64,000 nucleotides of DNA from Strigamia acuminata. Lineage: Eukaryota. This document shows positions 61,311 through 64,000 of the stretch, one piece after another (within the stretch, counting starts at the first letter, position 1; the number at the start of each line of letters is the position of its first letter). The DNA is taken from contig OX442314.1 in the NCBI GenBank assembly GCA_949358305.1, positions 27,404,001-27,468,000 of the forward strand. The letters are read 5' to 3'. Below the pieces are notes generated by a model. That model made no database searches. It saw nothing but the letters and a program-made list of their open reading frames with translations, and was not told where the DNA came from. Both the position numbers and the translations under genes were made by a program.

Positions 61311-61880
61311 TTGATTAATTGTGTGAAATCGCAAATGTTTCCTCATTGGGGCGTGGAATACATCACAGATTGGCACCAGTTTAAAGTATTTTTAACGAGA
61401 ATTTATAATTTTGAATTAATATTTACAGCTGTTTATTGTTTTTAGGTGACACGTTACGGAGAGTTTGTTGTACCATTGGATAATCATACAAAGAAACCGT
61501 ACGAAAACTTAATTCTCGGTCGAGTAATGGGTTCGACGATAAATATGCCAAAGGATTTGATTTTTGTCAGCGTTCCTAGTTGTTTTCATTCGCACAAACC
61601 ACTGATCAAGGGTGAGAAAGTGATTAATGTGTTAATTGTAGGATATATACATTAGAATATTTAATTTTTCATTACTTAAGATTTATTGAAGGATTTTGTT
61701 CCCGCGAAGGCGAATTATTTGGAGATATTCAGTCGTTCGCTTTGTTCAGGCTGGACCAGCTTCGGCGATGAGGTAAACAAACAATGTGCTCTGTGCAGTT
61801 TTTTAATTTAATTGAATTCTAGTCTAACAAAACAATTCATTTCTAGAGGTACTAAAATTTCAACAATTTGATCTATACGT
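61311..61880 (+). pseudogene. METTL4: METTL4-like fragment, unit 6, cut by an LTR insertion
   Basis: Nearly identical to unit 2; homology stops at atctatacgt|TGTTGCG. Confidence 0.8.
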
Positions 61881-64000
61881 TGTTGCGTTCCTGATGGTTC
61901 CAATTGACTTTTCACAACAACACTAAATTTATATTTAGTCACTATGGGATTTTTCCAATTGCAAGAGATCCCGGCGTTCACCTGTGGAAGCAGTTGAATG
62001 CCGTTTATAGGTCTTCTATCGGGTGGGTTAGCCGTTAAGTCGGTGTCTAGGGATTTGATCTCGAATAAAGGCTAGTTTAGTTATTTTAAATCAAACAGTT
62101 AATCAATTTATTGAGCGTTAATTACAGGTTCAATTGAAGTGAATGTTAATAAAATGGGTTCTATGAGGATAAGATCGTCGGCGTAGAAGGCGACGTGCTC
62201 GAAGCAGCGCGGGACTCCTTCGGGCGGGAAAAAGCAGTGCAGAAATGGCGACACGTCGCCGCGCAAATTCTGCGAAGTGAGAAAGGAAGCGTGAAGCCGA
62301 AAGACTTCACAAAGAGTGTCGGCTGTTAAGCCTGACAAGACGGGAAATCTTGGGTTAAACCCTAGATTGCAACGGGAGATTTCCGTTGGAGACAAGTAGT
62401 CAAACGGCGGGTACCGCCGATCGTTAAAACCTGACTGGAGATCCGCTACAATCTGAATCGGAATCGTCGTCAACAGGTCGAGGAGCGGCGACGATGGCTC
62501 TGCAATCCTCGGCGGCTGGCTGGCGTCGATCTTCAACGGCGTGGGCGCGTTGGTCTTCGGGCGGCGGCGGGAACGACGGTGGTTTGGGCCGTCGTGCGTC
62601 GTCTTCGCAGCTCGGAAAGTGATTCGTTTGAACGTTGGTCCAAACAAATCGGGTTGAAACTTTGGCAAAACTCACGAGTCACGGACAAAACAGTGTTTTT
62701 GGGTTGAACAAAGCTGTGTCGGTGTGAACGGTATGAGTGTGATGCAAAGAGTGAGTAATAATTCGAATTATTACTCGGAATATGGCCGGAAAACGGCCAG
62801 TGCGCAGGCGTGGCGTGTGCCAAGGCACGCTTCAGCCCTAGCAACGGTGCAAAATTTGGGGATTGACTTAGCAACGCCCCAATCCAGGGCTCAAAATGCC
62901 AGGGCAGCCGTTACAGCTTCTGGGCCAATTGCCCAAAAGCGCAACAGGTGCATGGCAAAAAACACAATTCTAATGATTATGGTTAAAATATAAATAATAT
63001 GTTAAAAACGTGGTAGAAAAACTTCTCCACAAATGAAGTGAACATTTGAGATCGCAACACTTCCCCCCAATTAACTTTTACAATTTTTTGTTTGTTTCTT
63101 AGTTAATTACAACAAGACCAGGTAATTTTCTTTTTTCAAATTTGACATAGATATTTTTTAATATTCGTTATATAATAATAGATACATGCATTAAAAGAAA
63201 ACATTGGTGATTAAATAATTAAACGAAAGGAATGTACATGAAAATAAACGTTCCCCGAAAAGACTTATTTTCGGAAACAACCAGATTTGTTGCTGTTTTC
63301 TGGCCGCAATCGGCCTACTCGGGTGTTTTCGGTGAAGGTAAGTCTATTGACATCATGTCCGTCTCGTCGGACAACGGATTTCCGCTCTCGTTAACATTGA
63401 TGAACGGTTGTCCCGTATTCGGCCCTGATGAAAGGCCGGGGTTAACGTGTATCCACACACTTCGGATAAGTCGGGATAAGGCGTCATCTCCAAACGCCAT
63501 CTCATAAAATTCTTGCGGGTTGGACGGGCGTCGGCGAGCTCGGATCAGCCGTTGGTGCAACATCCACGGCCTCTTCTTTCGTATTTTCCGCTCAAGCCAG
63601 TTGAAAACGTGGTGGCAAAGTTCCACATTGTGTTTGAGCAAAATCCTCGTATGCGGATGCATCTCGAGTCTTGGGTAAGTTCTTCGCAGCTTAATGTAGA
63701 TTGGGCTGCTTTCTTGCTTCTTGGTTTCGGCAGCTCCGGCCGCCGATTGAATCTGCATCTTCGGATCGTCTTTTCCGGGCGATGGTGTGGGTGCTCGGAT
63801 AGGCGAATGAACGCTCCTTGGTGGTGTTGGCGGGTTGGGCGCCGCAGCTGACTCGTCTGGACGTTTTACGTAACAAGATCGGCCCCCTGGCCGGAGGGTC
63901 AAAGCTCCGCGCGGTTTCGGTCGCGTTTTGGGTCGCGCCCCTGAATCGGTGTTTTCGACGTGCGTGAAAAACGTGGTTGAACTTGAGGTCGTAGCTCGAC
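61881..64000 (-). mobile_element. LTR retrotransposon 3' end: 1179-bp LTR (61881-63059), PPT, internal ORF
   Basis: TGTTGCG...CGCAACA termini; GGGGGGAAG PPT on the minus strand at 63060-63068. Confidence 0.8.
63315..63998 (-). CDS. C-terminal part of an unknown ORF at the 3' end of the right-edge LTR element
   Basis: Frame is open from the window edge (RATTSSSTTFFTHVENTDSGARPKTRPKPRGALTLRP...) to the stop at 63315; no integrase or chromodomain motif recognised. Confidence 0.6.
   Translation of the reverse strand, partial: RATTSSSTTFFTHVENTDSGARPKTRPKPRGALTLRPGGRSCYVKRPDESAAAPNPPTPPRSVHSPIRAPTPSPGKDDPKMQIQSAAGAAETKKQESSPIYIKLRRTYPRLEMHPHTRILLKHNVELCHHVFNWLERKIRKKRPWMLHQRLIRARRRPSNPQEFYEMAFGDDALSRLIRSVWIHVNPGLSSGPNTGQPFINVNESGNPLSDETDMMSIDLPSPKTPE

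Noticed and set aside
62108..62993. ORFs of 83-186 aa
   Set aside because: Inside the 1179-bp LTR, with no recognisable domain

Overview
AT-rich eukaryotic (invertebrate-like, mostly short GT-AG introns) genomic DNA. The core (about 13.2-61.9 kb) is a tandem array of ~8-kb units. Each unit carries (i) a multi-exon minus-strand DEG/ENaC (pickpocket/ASIC-like) gene that appears to encode TWO channel subunits fused in one polypeptide (TM1-ECD-TM2-linker-TM1-ECD-TM2) and (ii) a convergent, 5'-truncated plus-strand fragment of an MT-A70 family METTL4-like gene lacking the catalytic DPPW exon. Five channel copies and six METTL4 fragments are visible; units 1 and 2 look almost identical. The array is heavily invaded by transposons. 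At the left is a Gypsy element with intact gag and pol plus an unannotated >519-codon third ORF bearing a CxxCxGxG zinc-finger pair, nested in an older Gypsy integrase. Inside the array are a truncated long-LTR element, a BEL/Pao element 35 bp upstream of one channel ATG, several MITEs and Helentron-like elements, and a ~1-kb palindrome with tRNA-Ser-derived arms. Another LTR element with an extra ORF enters at the right edge. Exon boundaries and identities were read by eye; no searches were run.
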